A program made the translations under genes and the position numbers. This document shows, piece after piece, positions 16,364 through 25,573 of a stretch of 64,000 bases of DNA. A model generated the notes under the pieces. It searched no databases. It saw nothing but the letters and a program-made list of their open reading frames with translations, and was not told the origin of the DNA. Position 1 is the stretch's first letter, and each line of letters starts with the position of its first letter. Location: the sequence record LC667451.1; one strand, 5' to 3'.

Positions 16364-16732
16364 TTACACAGTAGCAGCAACGTTCGATGCATTCAGTTCT
16401 GCCGCCAGCAACATCTCGTCATAGCGGCGACGGTTCGCTTCGGTATTCACATAGAGCCACTGGATACAGAGCATACCAAGGTAGAGCAGCATGCCGTGAC
16501 CGGTCGTGACGAAACCGCAGGCGTAAGCCAAGAGGGCAGCGCCAGCGTAGAGTAAGGCCGTGTAGACCATCTCCTTGCCGCTGGCAAAGCACATTGAAAA
16601 GAAGCTCTTTTGTAAAGCGATGACGACTCGCGATTGCGGGTCCTTGACACACAGGCATGCCAAGAGCCTGATGATCCAGAACGTGACGACGGCCACATAG
16701 ATCACCAAGCCGATTGTGTAAGCAGTCGCCAT
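16364..16732 (-). CDS. small multi-TM membrane protein
   Basis: three hydrophobic segments. Confidence 0.75.
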   Translation of the reverse strand: MATAYTIGLVIYVAVVTFWIIRLLACLCVKDPQSRVVIALQKSFFSMCFASGKEMVYTALLYAGAALLAYACGFVTTGHGMLLYLGMLCIQWLYVNTEANRRRYDEMLLAAELNASNVAATV

Positions 16733-16740
16733 GATGGGAA

Positions 16741-17058
16741 TTATTGAACGGTGTCCGGATGCAGGGCAGCCTGAACGGGGTTGACGGATTCACCAGGCTG
16801 CTTCTTCATGGCAGAAGTCAACAAGGCTTCGAGGATGCCAAGGCCGGTGTTCATCGTGACATCGACCAGCTTGTCCATCGTCTGCTGGTCTTGCAACGTG
16901 GTGTCGAGTGCACACGTCGCATGGATCGGCTCCAGATTGTTCTGGTGCTTTTCCTGACGCTCATCGCTGATGTTCCAGTATGCGACCAGACCGACGATCG
17001 TGAGCAAGCCAGCGGTAGCGAGGATGGCGCCGATGTTTTCGTTGATGAAGTTCAGCAT
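16741..17058 (-). CDS. membrane-anchored hypothetical protein
   Basis: N-terminal TM; GGAGA SD. Confidence 0.75.
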   Translation of the reverse strand: MLNFINENIGAILATAGLLTIVGLVAYWNISDERQEKHQNNLEPIHATCALDTTLQDQQTMDKLVDVTMNTGLGILEALLTSAMKKQPGESVNPVQAALHPDTVQ

Positions 17059-17153
17059 GGTAAATCTCCAGAAAAGGTAATCAACTCGTCGAATGTAGGA
17101 GGGGGACCCGAATCCCCCTCCCGTGTACTACAGGACTACGGAACTACGCCGTC

Positions 17154-17339
17154 TTAGACGGTCTGTGCGGCTTCAGCCGCCGGTGCTGCGGACGCGCGAG
17201 CCGTGGCTTGCGCGGCTGCGCGCTTGGCAGCGCTGCGGCGACGCAGGGCCTTCGTACCCTTGTAGCCGCCGTAACCGATGCCGACTGCACCGAGGACTGC
17301 GCCAGCGATGATACCGTACTTGACGAGGTTTGCGTTCAT
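17154..17339 (-). CDS. small membrane protein with Ala/Arg-rich tail
   Basis: AAGGAG SD; TM followed by a basic low-complexity tail. Confidence 0.75.
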   Translation of the reverse strand: MNANLVKYGIIAGAVLGAVGIGYGGYKGTKALRRRSAAKRAAAQATARASAAPAAEAAQTV

Positions 17340-17414
17340 GGTAAAGCTCCTTTGTAACGATTGAAAGGATACTGCTGTTTAACTGCTAGGGGTGTACGCT
17401 CTTAAGCGACGTAC

Positions 17415-17498
17415 TTACTGTCTCCTGACGAGCAGGACGAACCACACGAGAAGCGTCAACACGAGGAAGGTCGACAGCTTCGATTGTTTCTTGGCCAT
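17415..17498 (-). CDS. 27-aa membrane peptide (MAKKQSKLSTFLVLTLLVWFVLLVRRQ)
   Basis: manual translation, positive-inside topology. Confidence 0.55.
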   Translation of the reverse strand: MAKKQSKLSTFLVLTLLVWFVLLVRRQ

Positions 17499-17508
17499 GA
17501 GAGCCGCC

Positions 17509-17568
17509 TTACATGCGGATCAGGATCATCACGACGATGATGAGCGCGAGGAACTTGCCCATTGTCAT
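17509..17568 (-). CDS. 19-aa membrane peptide (MTMGKFLALIIVVMILIRM)
   Basis: manual translation, AAGGAG SD overlapping the upstream stop. Confidence 0.55.
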   Translation of the reverse strand: MTMGKFLALIIVVMILIRM

Positions 17569-17573
17569 TCTCC

Positions 17574-17897
17574 TTAGACGAACTTGGCTTTGACGTTAGC
17601 CATTGCTTGGTTAGCACGGTTGTGCACGAGCAGGATCGAGCCGACCACCACCGACATGCCCATCATGGCAGCGAAGATGCGATAGTCGTATTGCGTGACC
17701 GAGATGATCGCGGCGACCACGATCGCGGCATTCATCACCTCGGACTCACCTGCGAGCTTTTGGGCTTCATGAAAGAACGCCCGCACCCGCTCGACTGCGG
17801 GCGATTTCGCTTGACGCTGATGGAAGTTAAACCAGATTCCCATGGCGAAGGCGACGATACCCAAGATTTGCAGCAGTACAAAGAGGTGTGCGAGCAT
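17574..17897 (-). CDS. small multi-TM membrane protein
   Basis: three hydrophobic segments. Confidence 0.75.
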   Translation of the reverse strand: MLAHLFVLLQILGIVAFAMGIWFNFHQRQAKSPAVERVRAFFHEAQKLAGESEVMNAAIVVAAIISVTQYDYRIFAAMMGMSVVVGSILLVHNRANQAMANVKAKFV

Positions 17898-17924
17898 GTT
17901 AGTTTCCTGAAGAGTTGTGAAGCA

Positions 17925-18299
17925 TCAGACAGCGCCCATGCTGTCCGAGGTTGGCCAGGGCCAGGGACCTGGATCATCTCCGGGGTCGGGCACGGCGAGG
18001 TTCGCAGCATCCACCACCTTCTGGATCGTCACGTAGGACGCCAGGATGATGATGAGGGTGAGACCAGCTAGAATCGCCGCCAGATGCATCTCGACGTAGA
18101 GCGTCGCGACGATGATGGCAGCGAGGATCACGATGGCCGTGACGGGGAACTTCGGTTTGTGGAAGGGCTTGTCCGCATCCAGGGCCTTCGGTTGTTCGGA
18201 TGCAGCTTCCGGCTTAGACGCCGGAGCTGCGTTAGGTGTCTTCTTGGTGAAGACCAAATCGAACGCCGCACGGGCGCCCTTGATCAGGTGGTCAAACAT
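17925..18299 (-). CDS. membrane protein
   Basis: two central TM segments; GGAGG SD. Confidence 0.75.
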   Translation of the reverse strand: MFDHLIKGARAAFDLVFTKKTPNAAPASKPEAASEQPKALDADKPFHKPKFPVTAIVILAAIIVATLYVEMHLAAILAGLTLIIILASYVTIQKVVDAANLAVPDPGDDPGPWPWPTSDSMGAV

Positions 18300-18310
18300 A
18301 CAGCCTCCAG

Positions 18311-18703
18311 TTAGGCCGTCCGGAATTCGAAGATCTGTGCGCTTTCGACGACAGTCGGATCTTCGTGGTTCATGATGAACAGACGAACCTGGTTACGAAT
18401 GGCTTCCGACAGCATGATGGTGCCGTGGAAGAACGTGTAGCCGCACGTGTAGTACAGGCCGCACCATGCACAGAGGCAAGCGAGCGACAGGAACACACCG
18501 GCGAAGATCAGTTCGAAGCTGATCTTGCTGTGGCGGCCCGACCAATAGCGGTTGTCGCGTTGTGCCTTAGCGATAGCTTCGGCTTGTTCCTTCGCGTCCA
18601 TCTTCTTGAACGTGATGAACTCGTTCACCGACTTACGTGCGACGAACAGAGCGATCACCAGAGCAGCGATCAGGATAGTAGCGATGAGAGCGGGAGTCGA
18701 CAT
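18311..18703 (-). CDS. small multi-TM membrane protein
   Basis: TM-charged helix-TM hairpin architecture. Confidence 0.78.
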   Translation of the reverse strand: MSTPALIATILIAALVIALFVARKSVNEFITFKKMDAKEQAEAIAKAQRDNRYWSGRHSKISFELIFAGVFLSLACLCAWCGLYYTCGYTFFHGTIMLSEAIRNQVRLFIMNHEDPTVVESAQIFEFRTA

Positions 18704-18751
18704 GATAGTGTCCTTGTAAATAAGCGGTAGGTGTACTGCGAGATGCCCGGC

Positions 18752-19129
18752 TTAAGCCGTAGCGACGTTGTCAAACTTGCCAGCAGCCGTGTCGATCATG
18801 ATCTTGATCTTCAGCACGTCAGCCAGTTCAAAACAGATAGCGGCGAAGCACAGCACGAAGAAGCAAGTGCAGAACGACAGGCCAGCCAATGCGCACAGAG
18901 CGATCAGCACAGCGGCGATCACTACCGGCGTGAAGTCCGGCTCGTATTCGCCTTCGCTCACCAGCTTGCCACGCATTTGCAGGCGCGACTTCAGGATGTC
19001 GATGTAAGCCGCTTGTTGCTCGGCCGACATGTTCTTGTAGTCGCGTTGTGCTTCCTCGACGTTGTAGCCCAGGTACATAAGGGCACCGATAACGATCGCG
19101 ATCATGGCGATGATTGCATAGGTCAACAT
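18752..19129 (-). CDS. small multi-TM membrane protein
   Basis: same architecture; AAGGAG SD. Confidence 0.78.
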   Translation of the reverse strand: MLTYAIIAMIAIVIGALMYLGYNVEEAQRDYKNMSAEQQAAYIDILKSRLQMRGKLVSEGEYEPDFTPVVIAAVLIALCALAGLSFCTCFFVLCFAAICFELADVLKIKIMIDTAAGKFDNVATA

Positions 19130-19156
19130 GGTAAAGCTCCTTGAATTCGATTTCGA

Positions 19157-19519
19157 TTAGGCAGTACGGAAGCTGTTGTCAACTTCGTTCTCACCCATGA
19201 CTTCTTTGAGTGCCCAGCTTTCCAGCGAGCAGAGATAGAGTGCCTTCAGGAAAGCGTACATCGACAGCGCGAAGAGCGGCCAGCCGAGCCACGGGAAGAT
19301 CGAGACCAGATAGAAGCTGGCCCACACGCCAATCAGGGCAACGCCCAGGATGTTCTTGTTCTTTTCGGAGTCACCGGCATTCATCGCCAGGTAGTCTTCC
19401 GCGAAAGCACGTTCCGAACCGGCTGCATCCAGCGCCTTGAAGAAGCGCACGCAGAAGAAGAACAAGCTGATGATGATCAGCACGAAGAACAGGAAGACTG
19501 CGAGTACGAGATGGCCCAT
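19157..19519 (-). CDS. small multi-TM membrane protein
   Basis: same architecture. Confidence 0.78.
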   Translation of the reverse strand: MGHLVLAVFLFFVLIIISLFFFCVRFFKALDAAGSERAFAEDYLAMNAGDSEKNKNILGVALIGVWASFYLVSIFPWLGWPLFALSMYAFLKALYLCSLESWALKEVMGENEVDNSFRTA

Positions 19520-19546
19520 GATGGACTCCAGAGAGTTGTGGGGTTC

Positions 19547-19888
19547 TTAAGCAGGCATCGGCACCGGTGCGCCGTTAGCCTTGTGGATCAGCACGCAGAT
19601 TGCGCGATGGAAGATGCCACCCATGTTCATGTTGATCGGCAGTGCCGTGAAGTAGAGCAGCACGCCACCGAAGCCCGTCGTGTAGATCAGGGCGCAGACA
19701 GCGATCAGGAAAACGTACAGCACGACCATCGTCACGATAGCCGTCTTCCAGTCAAACGGGCTCAGTGCGATGCGCTCAGCGTGAGCCGCCAGGCCGCCGT
19801 GCTTAGCACCGAAGTACAGGTTGATCAAAGCAACGACCAGAGCGATCACGAACGTTGCGAAAATGATAGCGGCGATGTAGTTCAGCAT
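19547..19888 (-). CDS. small multi-TM membrane protein
   Basis: hydrophobic throughout; first gene after promoter 19944. Confidence 0.78.
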   Translation of the reverse strand: MLNYIAAIIFATFVIALVVALINLYFGAKHGGLAAHAERIALSPFDWKTAIVTMVVLYVFLIAVCALIYTTGFGGVLLYFTALPINMNMGGIFHRAICVLIHKANGAPVPMPA

Positions 19889-19943
19889 TTTAATGCTCCT
19901 TAAAACGTGTTAGGGATGAAGCTCTTTGCTTCAGTTCACCGGA

Positions 19944-19972
19944 GTTATATAGGTTTGAAATTATTTTCAATC
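19944..19972 (-). promoter_or_regulatory. phage early-type promoter
   Basis: GGATTGAAAATAATTTCAAACCTATATAAC, near-identical to the copy at 56197. Confidence 0.7.
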
Positions 19973-20035
19973 CACGTTTTATCATGGATTCAAGATAATT
20001 CCAGGGGAGTCCATCGACTCCCCCAGGTTACTGCG

Positions 20036-20395
20036 TTACATCCAGTGGCACAGCGGGTGCAGCTGTTGCGGGCGGAAGTTGCGAGCCGGGAACAGATGCA
20101 TCAGGATGCTGCGCAGGATGCAGGCGAGCGCACCGAGCATCGTGAAGATGCCACAGGCTTGCCAGCCGAAGTACCACATCACCGCTGCGGCGATGAAGTA
20201 GGCCGTCGGAATACACCAGTCTTGCCAGATCTCCAACGTACGACGGGTCGGTGCAACCAGGATCACACTGCGACACCAGGTGGTAGCCGGATGCTGGATC
20301 GGCCCGCAAGACGCGATCATCAGGACGACCGTGTGGAATGCAAAGCCCCAAGCCATGATGCCGGTCACTGCGATTTCGAATTTGCTCATGATCAA
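20036..20395 (-). CDS. membrane protein
   Basis: hydrophobic segments; GGAG SD. Confidence 0.65.
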   Translation of the reverse strand: MIMSKFEIAVTGIMAWGFAFHTVVLMIASCGPIQHPATTWCRSVILVAPTRRTLEIWQDWCIPTAYFIAAAVMWYFGWQACGIFTMLGALACILRSILMHLFPARNFRPQQLHPLCHWM

Positions 20396-20445
20396 CTCCA
20401 GTTGTAAAGGGTTATGAACTCGATATGGTTTCGAGCTCGCCGGAA

Positions 20446-20470
20446 GAATATATGTTTGATTTTTTCTAGG
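20446..20470 (-). promoter_or_regulatory. phage early-type promoter (variant)
   Basis: AAAAAATCAAACATATATTC. Confidence 0.5.
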
Positions 20471-20493
20471 ATCGAGCCAAAAAAGAAAAGTGC

Positions 20494-20522
20494 GGCATAG
20501 GAGGGAGCCGAAGCCCCCTCCC
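20494..20522 (-). terminator. hairpin (TTCG loop) with CTATGCC tail
   Basis: GGAGGG/CCCTCC stem. Confidence 0.7.
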
Positions 20523-20532
20523 GTTCCTGGTG

Positions 20533-20898
20533 TTACAGATGTTGATCGCTAGACGTCAAACGCTTGAGCTCCTGACCCTGATGCTCAAGTACGGCACGTT
20601 CCGCATCCGTGCTCTTGAAGGCATCGCGCGGATAAACGATGTAATAACCATTCTGACCGTTCGCCACTTGCTCGTGTGTCTGAATATCGCGACACACGCC
20701 ACTGCGACACAGAATGACTTGCCCGCCCAAGGACTGCACATCTTCCAGCAGGCTTTCCAAACTGGCGTAGTGTCGAGTGGTGGCTTCCTGAATCTTCTCG
20801 TACTGGTGGTACTTGATCAGGAGGAAACCGGATACGGCGAGGATACCAACGATGATCGCTTGCTTCAAGCGACGGCGTCGGATCAGTTTGGCTGTCAT
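20533..20898 (-). CDS. membrane-anchored hypothetical protein
   Basis: basic N-terminus plus TM. Confidence 0.7.
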   Translation of the reverse strand: MTAKLIRRRRLKQAIIVGILAVSGFLLIKYHQYEKIQEATTRHYASLESLLEDVQSLGGQVILCRSGVCRDIQTHEQVANGQNGYYIVYPRDAFKSTDAERAVLEHQGQELKRLTSSDQHL

Positions 20899-20913
20899 AG
20901 TGCTCTCTAGTTT

Positions 20914-21261
20914 TTAGCCGTTTATAGACAGGGAGTCCTTGTACACCCCGACCACACAACCTTCTGGACACAGGGCGACCAGAAAGGTTGAGAAGTTATG
21001 CTGTTCTAATTTACTGCGATTGGGCGGCGATGCCACCATCCTGACACGGACGATCCGCTTGTTGTTCGGAAACGTATGCACGAGTTCGAACGACATGTCC
21101 ATGACCAGTTCACCACGCGTGTGAACACGCTTGGCCTTTTCAACGCCGACCCATGTGTGGGCCAACACAGAATGAAAGACATCACGGCTACTGCACATGC
21201 GTAGGTACTCCATCCCCCGGCGTTCGTCGATTTCCTCGTTGACGTATTGCAGTAGACTCAT
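20914..21261 (-). CDS. hypothetical protein
   Basis: GGAGG SD before MSLLQ. Confidence 0.7.
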   Translation of the reverse strand: MSLLQYVNEEIDERRGMEYLRMCSSRDVFHSVLAHTWVGVEKAKRVHTRGELVMDMSFELVHTFPNNKRIVRVRMVASPPNRSKLEQHNFSTFLVALCPEGCVVGVYKDSLSING

Positions 21262-21271
21262 GAATCCTCCC

Positions 21272-21634
21272 TTATGCGTAATGTGTCTCCCACACCGGAC
21301 AACGCATGCGGATCGTTTCGACCACTTTGATAGGCGACATTTCGACGATCTGGGCCTTGACGATGTCATCCATGTTGATGAGCATGCCTTCGAGTTGATC
21401 TTCCCAACTCGCTGCGTAAAGCTTCATCAAGAACAGATGGCGATGTTCCCAGTGGTCCGTGTTCTTCGGGAAAGTCATGGCCTGCAATACTTCGACCTTT
21501 TCTTTCGCCGCTTCCATCGTGACAAACTTGACTGCCAGATCAGGCTCAGTTACCAACCTCATGTTGATCTGATCCGGCTGCATCGAGTAGTAACGCGCTG
21601 CTCGATCGGGTCGCTTGAAACGCAACAAATACAT
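21272..21634 (-). CDS. hypothetical protein
   Basis: ORF track; GAGGAG SD. Confidence 0.65.
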   Translation of the reverse strand: MYLLRFKRPDRAARYYSMQPDQINMRLVTEPDLAVKFVTMEAAKEKVEVLQAMTFPKNTDHWEHRHLFLMKLYAASWEDQLEGMLINMDDIVKAQIVEMSPIKVVETIRMRCPVWETHYA

Positions 21635-21644
21635 CTTTCTCTCC

Positions 21645-22148
21645 TCAAACTTCGACCGGTACTTTCAAGGTACGCAAAAAGCGCTCCATGTCTTCCATCG
21701 GTTCTGCCATGTTGCCCCATTGTACCGGAGCCAGATCGCCGTAGGTTGTCTTCAGGAACTGCTCGACCTGCTTCTTGCCCATTCCGCTCTTAGCCCGCAA
21801 GAACCAGTAGGCAATCAGCAGCGACATCTCCTTGACTTCCCCGTGTCTCATGTAGAGCACCTTCTCCGGAGCAGGTGTGTGCACCGAGGTCGTCTCCGCA
21901 AAGATGATCGGTGAAAACAGCAAGCCCCTGACCTGGTACTCATTGCCAAAGAGCTCCATCTTCTCCTGCAGCGAAATGGCAAAACGACGCTCCATGTCGA
22001 ACAGGATAAAGGTGGGACCTAACGGCGTCTTCGACAGAATTGGCGGCATACATGCCTCGACGAAGAGATCACCCCCGATGTGACGCAGCTTCATATCCGT
22101 GAGGAGATGATGCATGGTCGATATAATCGTTGCGTTTCTAATGTTCAT
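21645..22148 (-). CDS. hypothetical protein
   Basis: ORF track, tight packing. Confidence 0.7.
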   Translation of the reverse strand: MNIRNATIISTMHHLLTDMKLRHIGGDLFVEACMPPILSKTPLGPTFILFDMERRFAISLQEKMELFGNEYQVRGLLFSPIIFAETTSVHTPAPEKVLYMRHGEVKEMSLLIAYWFLRAKSGMGKKQVEQFLKTTYGDLAPVQWGNMAEPMEDMERFLRTLKVPVEV

Positions 22149-22152
22149 GGTT

Positions 22153-22620
22153 CTAAATGTCGTACTCTTTGTGTTCGAACTGACAGAACGTGCCCTGGCT
22201 CACAAACGCTAGGCCTTGTTCCAGCGCATCTTTGACCAATACGTTCATCTTCTCCATGAACTGTATTTCGGAGTCCAGATAACTGACGACCTTGAAAACA
22301 TCGACCAGCCACTGGGCTAACTTCTGCTTCTGCTTGACGCCGAGATCGTACATGTCCACACACCAAGCCTTCGGAGTATTGTTCGGCATGAGGGTGCAGG
22401 CAGTGATAATCAGACCAAACGGCAAATTCGGGTCGTCGTGGGTCAACAGCACGATTCCGCCGGTGTCCGGCGAGATGAGTGTCGAAACCTTATTTTTCTT
22501 GTACGTGGAATGCATGTAGTCGAGCGAGTATTTCACTTCCTCGTCTTGCGCGCCTGCCTCAGCCATGAAGCGAACCAGGGAATCACCAAACTGCATCAAG
22601 CTCGACTGGCGGATCTGCAT
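22153..22620 (-). CDS. hypothetical protein
   Basis: AAGGAG SD. Confidence 0.75.
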   Translation of the reverse strand: MQIRQSSLMQFGDSLVRFMAEAGAQDEEVKYSLDYMHSTYKKNKVSTLISPDTGGIVLLTHDDPNLPFGLIITACTLMPNNTPKAWCVDMYDLGVKQKQKLAQWLVDVFKVVSYLDSEIQFMEKMNVLVKDALEQGLAFVSQGTFCQFEHKEYDI

Positions 22621-22697
22621 GCTGTACTCTCCTTGTAAGTGGGCCTATCTCCGTACTCCAGTTAATGGGTCGACTGCGTGAAAATCACTATTTGCCA

Positions 22698-22726
22698 GCA
22701 TACAGGCGGAGCCGTAGCCCCGCCTG
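22698..22726 (-). terminator. hairpin (CTACGG loop) with GTATGC tail
   Basis: AGGCGG/CCGCCT stem. Confidence 0.65.
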
Positions 22727-22730
22727 CGTT

Positions 22731-23285
22731 TTATGACCGCGCAATCTCTAGGCCGCGAATGACCCCAGATTCCGTGGTGTCCAGATTCAGACGCGCACAT
22801 GGTCGGTGTTCACGTGTGACGCGTTGTCCAGCAGGAAAATCAAAGAGGATCACGAAGACGCGATCGAAGACGTCGCGCCCGATCCGCCAGGCTGCGGTGC
22901 GAGCCCGCAAATGCGCCATGCCTTCAAACTGACGCTCGCCGACCTCATCCATCTTGCGGACCAGTTTGTCCTGGGTCTGTTCATTCTTGCAGAAGGGGCC
23001 TAGCAGGTTCAGAATGTCCTGGTAGGAATGGGTTTCCCCTTGAACAGAACGCAGATCGTACACACCACCGGTTTTGCTGGTCTTGATCCGAGGTGGACAG
23101 AAGCCTTCCTTCAGATTGCTGCACAGTTCCCGGTAGAGCTTCACCCCGTAGTACTCACGCGTAATCTGGTCGCGATATTGTCGATGAGTGAATTTGTCTT
23201 TGCCGATGTCTTTCGCCCGTACCTTCGCGGCATGCACGATCCATTGCTTGATACGCTGGGCGTCTTCTTGAGTTACAGCAATCAT
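22731..23285 (-). CDS. hypothetical protein
   Basis: GGAG SD. Confidence 0.75.
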   Translation of the reverse strand: MIAVTQEDAQRIKQWIVHAAKVRAKDIGKDKFTHRQYRDQITREYYGVKLYRELCSNLKEGFCPPRIKTSKTGGVYDLRSVQGETHSYQDILNLLGPFCKNEQTQDKLVRKMDEVGERQFEGMAHLRARTAAWRIGRDVFDRVFVILFDFPAGQRVTREHRPCARLNLDTTESGVIRGLEIARS

Positions 23286-23338
23286 TGCTACTACTCCAAT
23301 ATTTTCTCACCCCATAAGTCGTGTGGATAAAAAATGAC

Positions 23339-23369
23339 GTCATAGGAGCGGAGCCGTAGCCCCGCTCCC
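23339..23369 (-). terminator. hairpin (CTACGG loop) with CTATGAC tail
   Basis: GGAGCGG/CCGCTCC stem. Confidence 0.7.
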
Positions 23370-23372
23370 GTC

Positions 23373-23819
23373 TCACTCGGTCGTGAGGTTGAAGTCTGGT
23401 GCAGGATTTTTCAGCGGCACGTAGTAGAACGTCCAGCGGGTAAACTGATGGACCCCGAAGTCCACAATCATCCCGCTAGTCGGATCGAGTTTGTAACTCA
23501 TACGTGCGTAGCGTGGTTGCTTCAGTGCAGTAACGTCCAGTGCCACGTTGGATGCGATCACCGACATCTGCAGCGTGGGATCGGCGTAGTAGTACAGAAT
23601 CAACTGATCCTGCGTCAACGTGATCCCGCGCCTGGCGTACTGATCGAGCGTGAACTCGACAAACTTGAAGTAACTATCCCGTGCTTGCCAGCCTGGCATC
23701 GCTAACTGGTCCGAGTAGGCAATAAGATCCGCCTCGAACTGAGCCAACGTCACCGGCACCAGTGTTCCATTGGGTGGTACCTTACTCAGAAACCCTGCCA
23801 TATGCGCGCTCCTTATCAT
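23373..23819 (-). CDS. hypothetical protein
   Basis: ORF track; true start may be MAGFL. Confidence 0.7.
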   Translation of the reverse strand: MIRSAHMAGFLSKVPPNGTLVPVTLAQFEADLIAYSDQLAMPGWQARDSYFKFVEFTLDQYARRGITLTQDQLILYYYADPTLQMSVIASNVALDVTALKQPRYARMSYKLDPTSGMIVDFGVHQFTRWTFYYVPLKNPAPDFNLTTE

Positions 23820-23844
23820 GACACAGGATGAGGAGCCGCTTTCC

Positions 23845-24288
23845 TTACTTCATCAACTCTTCCACCCGGTTCACCGAGAGGTGGAACATGTCGCGCAAAT
23901 GCGCCGTTGAGAAGTGCCGGTTGATCTGGTGATTGTGGCCCAGAAAGAAGTAAGCGATCACAAAAGCGATCTCCTCAGTCTTCTCCGGGTCCAACTTCCA
24001 CTGACGCACCGGCTTCATGCGACCATCGTCGTGCTTGGAAGCGTAGACGGTAATCTCATTCGGAGGCAGGAACTTCTCCGCACTTTCGTCATAGCGAAGC
24101 TCGTCCACCAACGAGACTATCAGTTGACCGCTTTCATCCTCCAGGCTCTTGATCGTGCCGCCTGTAATCGAGAACTTGCTGGTTTCGCGCAGCTGCATCG
24201 TGGGCAGGACACGACGTTCGATAGCATGCACCACATTGTGGAACACACGGTCAAGCCGCCGGATCTCGCTGCGGGTCTGAATCTTCAT
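23845..24288 (-). CDS. hypothetical protein
   Basis: AAGGA SD. Confidence 0.75.
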   Translation of the reverse strand: MKIQTRSEIRRLDRVFHNVVHAIERRVLPTMQLRETSKFSITGGTIKSLEDESGQLIVSLVDELRYDESAEKFLPPNEITVYASKHDDGRMKPVRQWKLDPEKTEEIAFVIAYFFLGHNHQINRHFSTAHLRDMFHLSVNRVEELMK

Positions 24289-24367
24289 AACGGTTCCTTA
24301 TTTGCTGTAAGTTTGCTGTAGTGGGTGGATACCCAAATGATGGGGTCACCCCGTAAGAAATACAGAC

Positions 24368-24395
24368 GGCATAGGGGGAGGCACGAGGCCTCCCC
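24368..24395 (-). terminator. hairpin with CTATGCC tail
   Basis: GGGGAGG/CCTCCCC stem. Confidence 0.7.
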
Positions 24396-24401
24396 AGGCG
24401 A

Positions 24402-24950
24402 CTACTCGCTAGGACGCATGCTGCTCGCGTCGGGTTCTTCCGGTACTTCAGGTAAAGGGGCTGCTGCCTTCGGCTTGCCGTGCAGGCCTGGCGCTTCCGT
24501 GTTGAGTGGAATCTGCAGGTCGTACGCCGGATACATCAGTTCGATGCCTTGCCGCGGGTTCGTGATGAGACCCACAGTCTGCAAGAACATCCGCGCGACT
24601 TCGAACGAGATGTTGCCGACCTTACGTACATCGGCGGGGAAGATCTGATGCCAGACGGGCTCTGCCTTCTCGCCGTCGTTCTTCGTTTGCACGAGGAGGA
24701 CATTGAGCACTGCGGGCAATTTCTCGTCTTCCTCGTTCGCCTTCTTGACGATAGCGAAGTGCATTTCACGACCTTCTTTGGGCAGCTTGCACGAGAGCGT
24801 TTCCAGGATCTCGTTGTTCCACCGCACGCCGCTATTCAACGTCGTGTACAAACCGATGTCCGGCAAGTTACGACGCTCGAGGTCCATCAATACGCGAATG
24901 AAAAGTTCGCGCTCGGGTGCGATTGCCATCCCGAAATTCTGAATACGCAT
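24402..24950 (-). CDS. hypothetical protein
   Basis: AAGGAG SD. Confidence 0.75.
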   Translation of the reverse strand: MRIQNFGMAIAPERELFIRVLMDLERRNLPDIGLYTTLNSGVRWNNEILETLSCKLPKEGREMHFAIVKKANEEDEKLPAVLNVLLVQTKNDGEKAEPVWHQIFPADVRKVGNISFEVARMFLQTVGLITNPRQGIELMYPAYDLQIPLNTEAPGLHGKPKAAAPLPEVPEEPDASSMRPSE

Positions 24951-24965
24951 TACTACTCCTTGAAG

Positions 24966-25559
24966 TTATTGCGACGCCGGACGCAGATTGATAGCGTGCG
25001 ACTTGCCCGATTCGAACTGTTTCTGCACGTCGCCGTTCACGAGTGGCTTGTACTTGTCCAGGTCCAGATGCGGATAGCCGACCAGATGCATCATGAAGCC
25101 GCCGGGCATCGAGCCGAGTGCGGTCTTGTAGGAGCGCGTCACGTCGATCAATGTGGTCTGGTTGTTCTGGAATTCATCCCGTCCGGCCACGATGATTTCC
25201 TGCAGCTTCTTGTACACCGTCGAATCGATCTGCGGGTTCTGCTCGTGGATCGCCTGGAACACCGCTTTCGCGCCGTCCTTGCCGTAACGGCCTTGGAGTG
25301 CCGACACGATCACGTCCTTGATGTCCGACTTCTGCATGTCGGTCACCTGGGCGGCTTCCTGCACCTTCTCGGTGTAGTTCGAGAGGATGTTCTGGTTGTT
25401 GCTGTAGACCGCTTCGATCCGGTTCTCGAAGCGGTTACCGCGGTTGTACGCGCTCACCAGCGTGACGAGTGCGAGCAACGCACCGACGACGATCACGGCG
25501 ACGAAGCCCAGCAGTACGTAGAGGGCCGTCTTGTTCGAGTTGTTTTGCGTGGTTGCCAT
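24966..25559 (-). CDS. LemA-like membrane-anchored helical protein
   Basis: N-terminal TM then YN....E..I.A...N..N.L helical pattern; start placed at MATTQ. Confidence 0.65.
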   Translation of the reverse strand: MATTQNNSNKTALYVLLGFVAVIVVGALLALVTLVSAYNRGNRFENRIEAVYSNNQNILSNYTEKVQEAAQVTDMQKSDIKDVIVSALQGRYGKDGAKAVFQAIHEQNPQIDSTVYKKLQEIIVAGRDEFQNNQTTLIDVTRSYKTALGSMPGGFMMHLVGYPHLDLDKYKPLVNGDVQKQFESGKSHAINLRPASQ

Positions 25560-25573
25560 TTCTGGTTCTTTCC

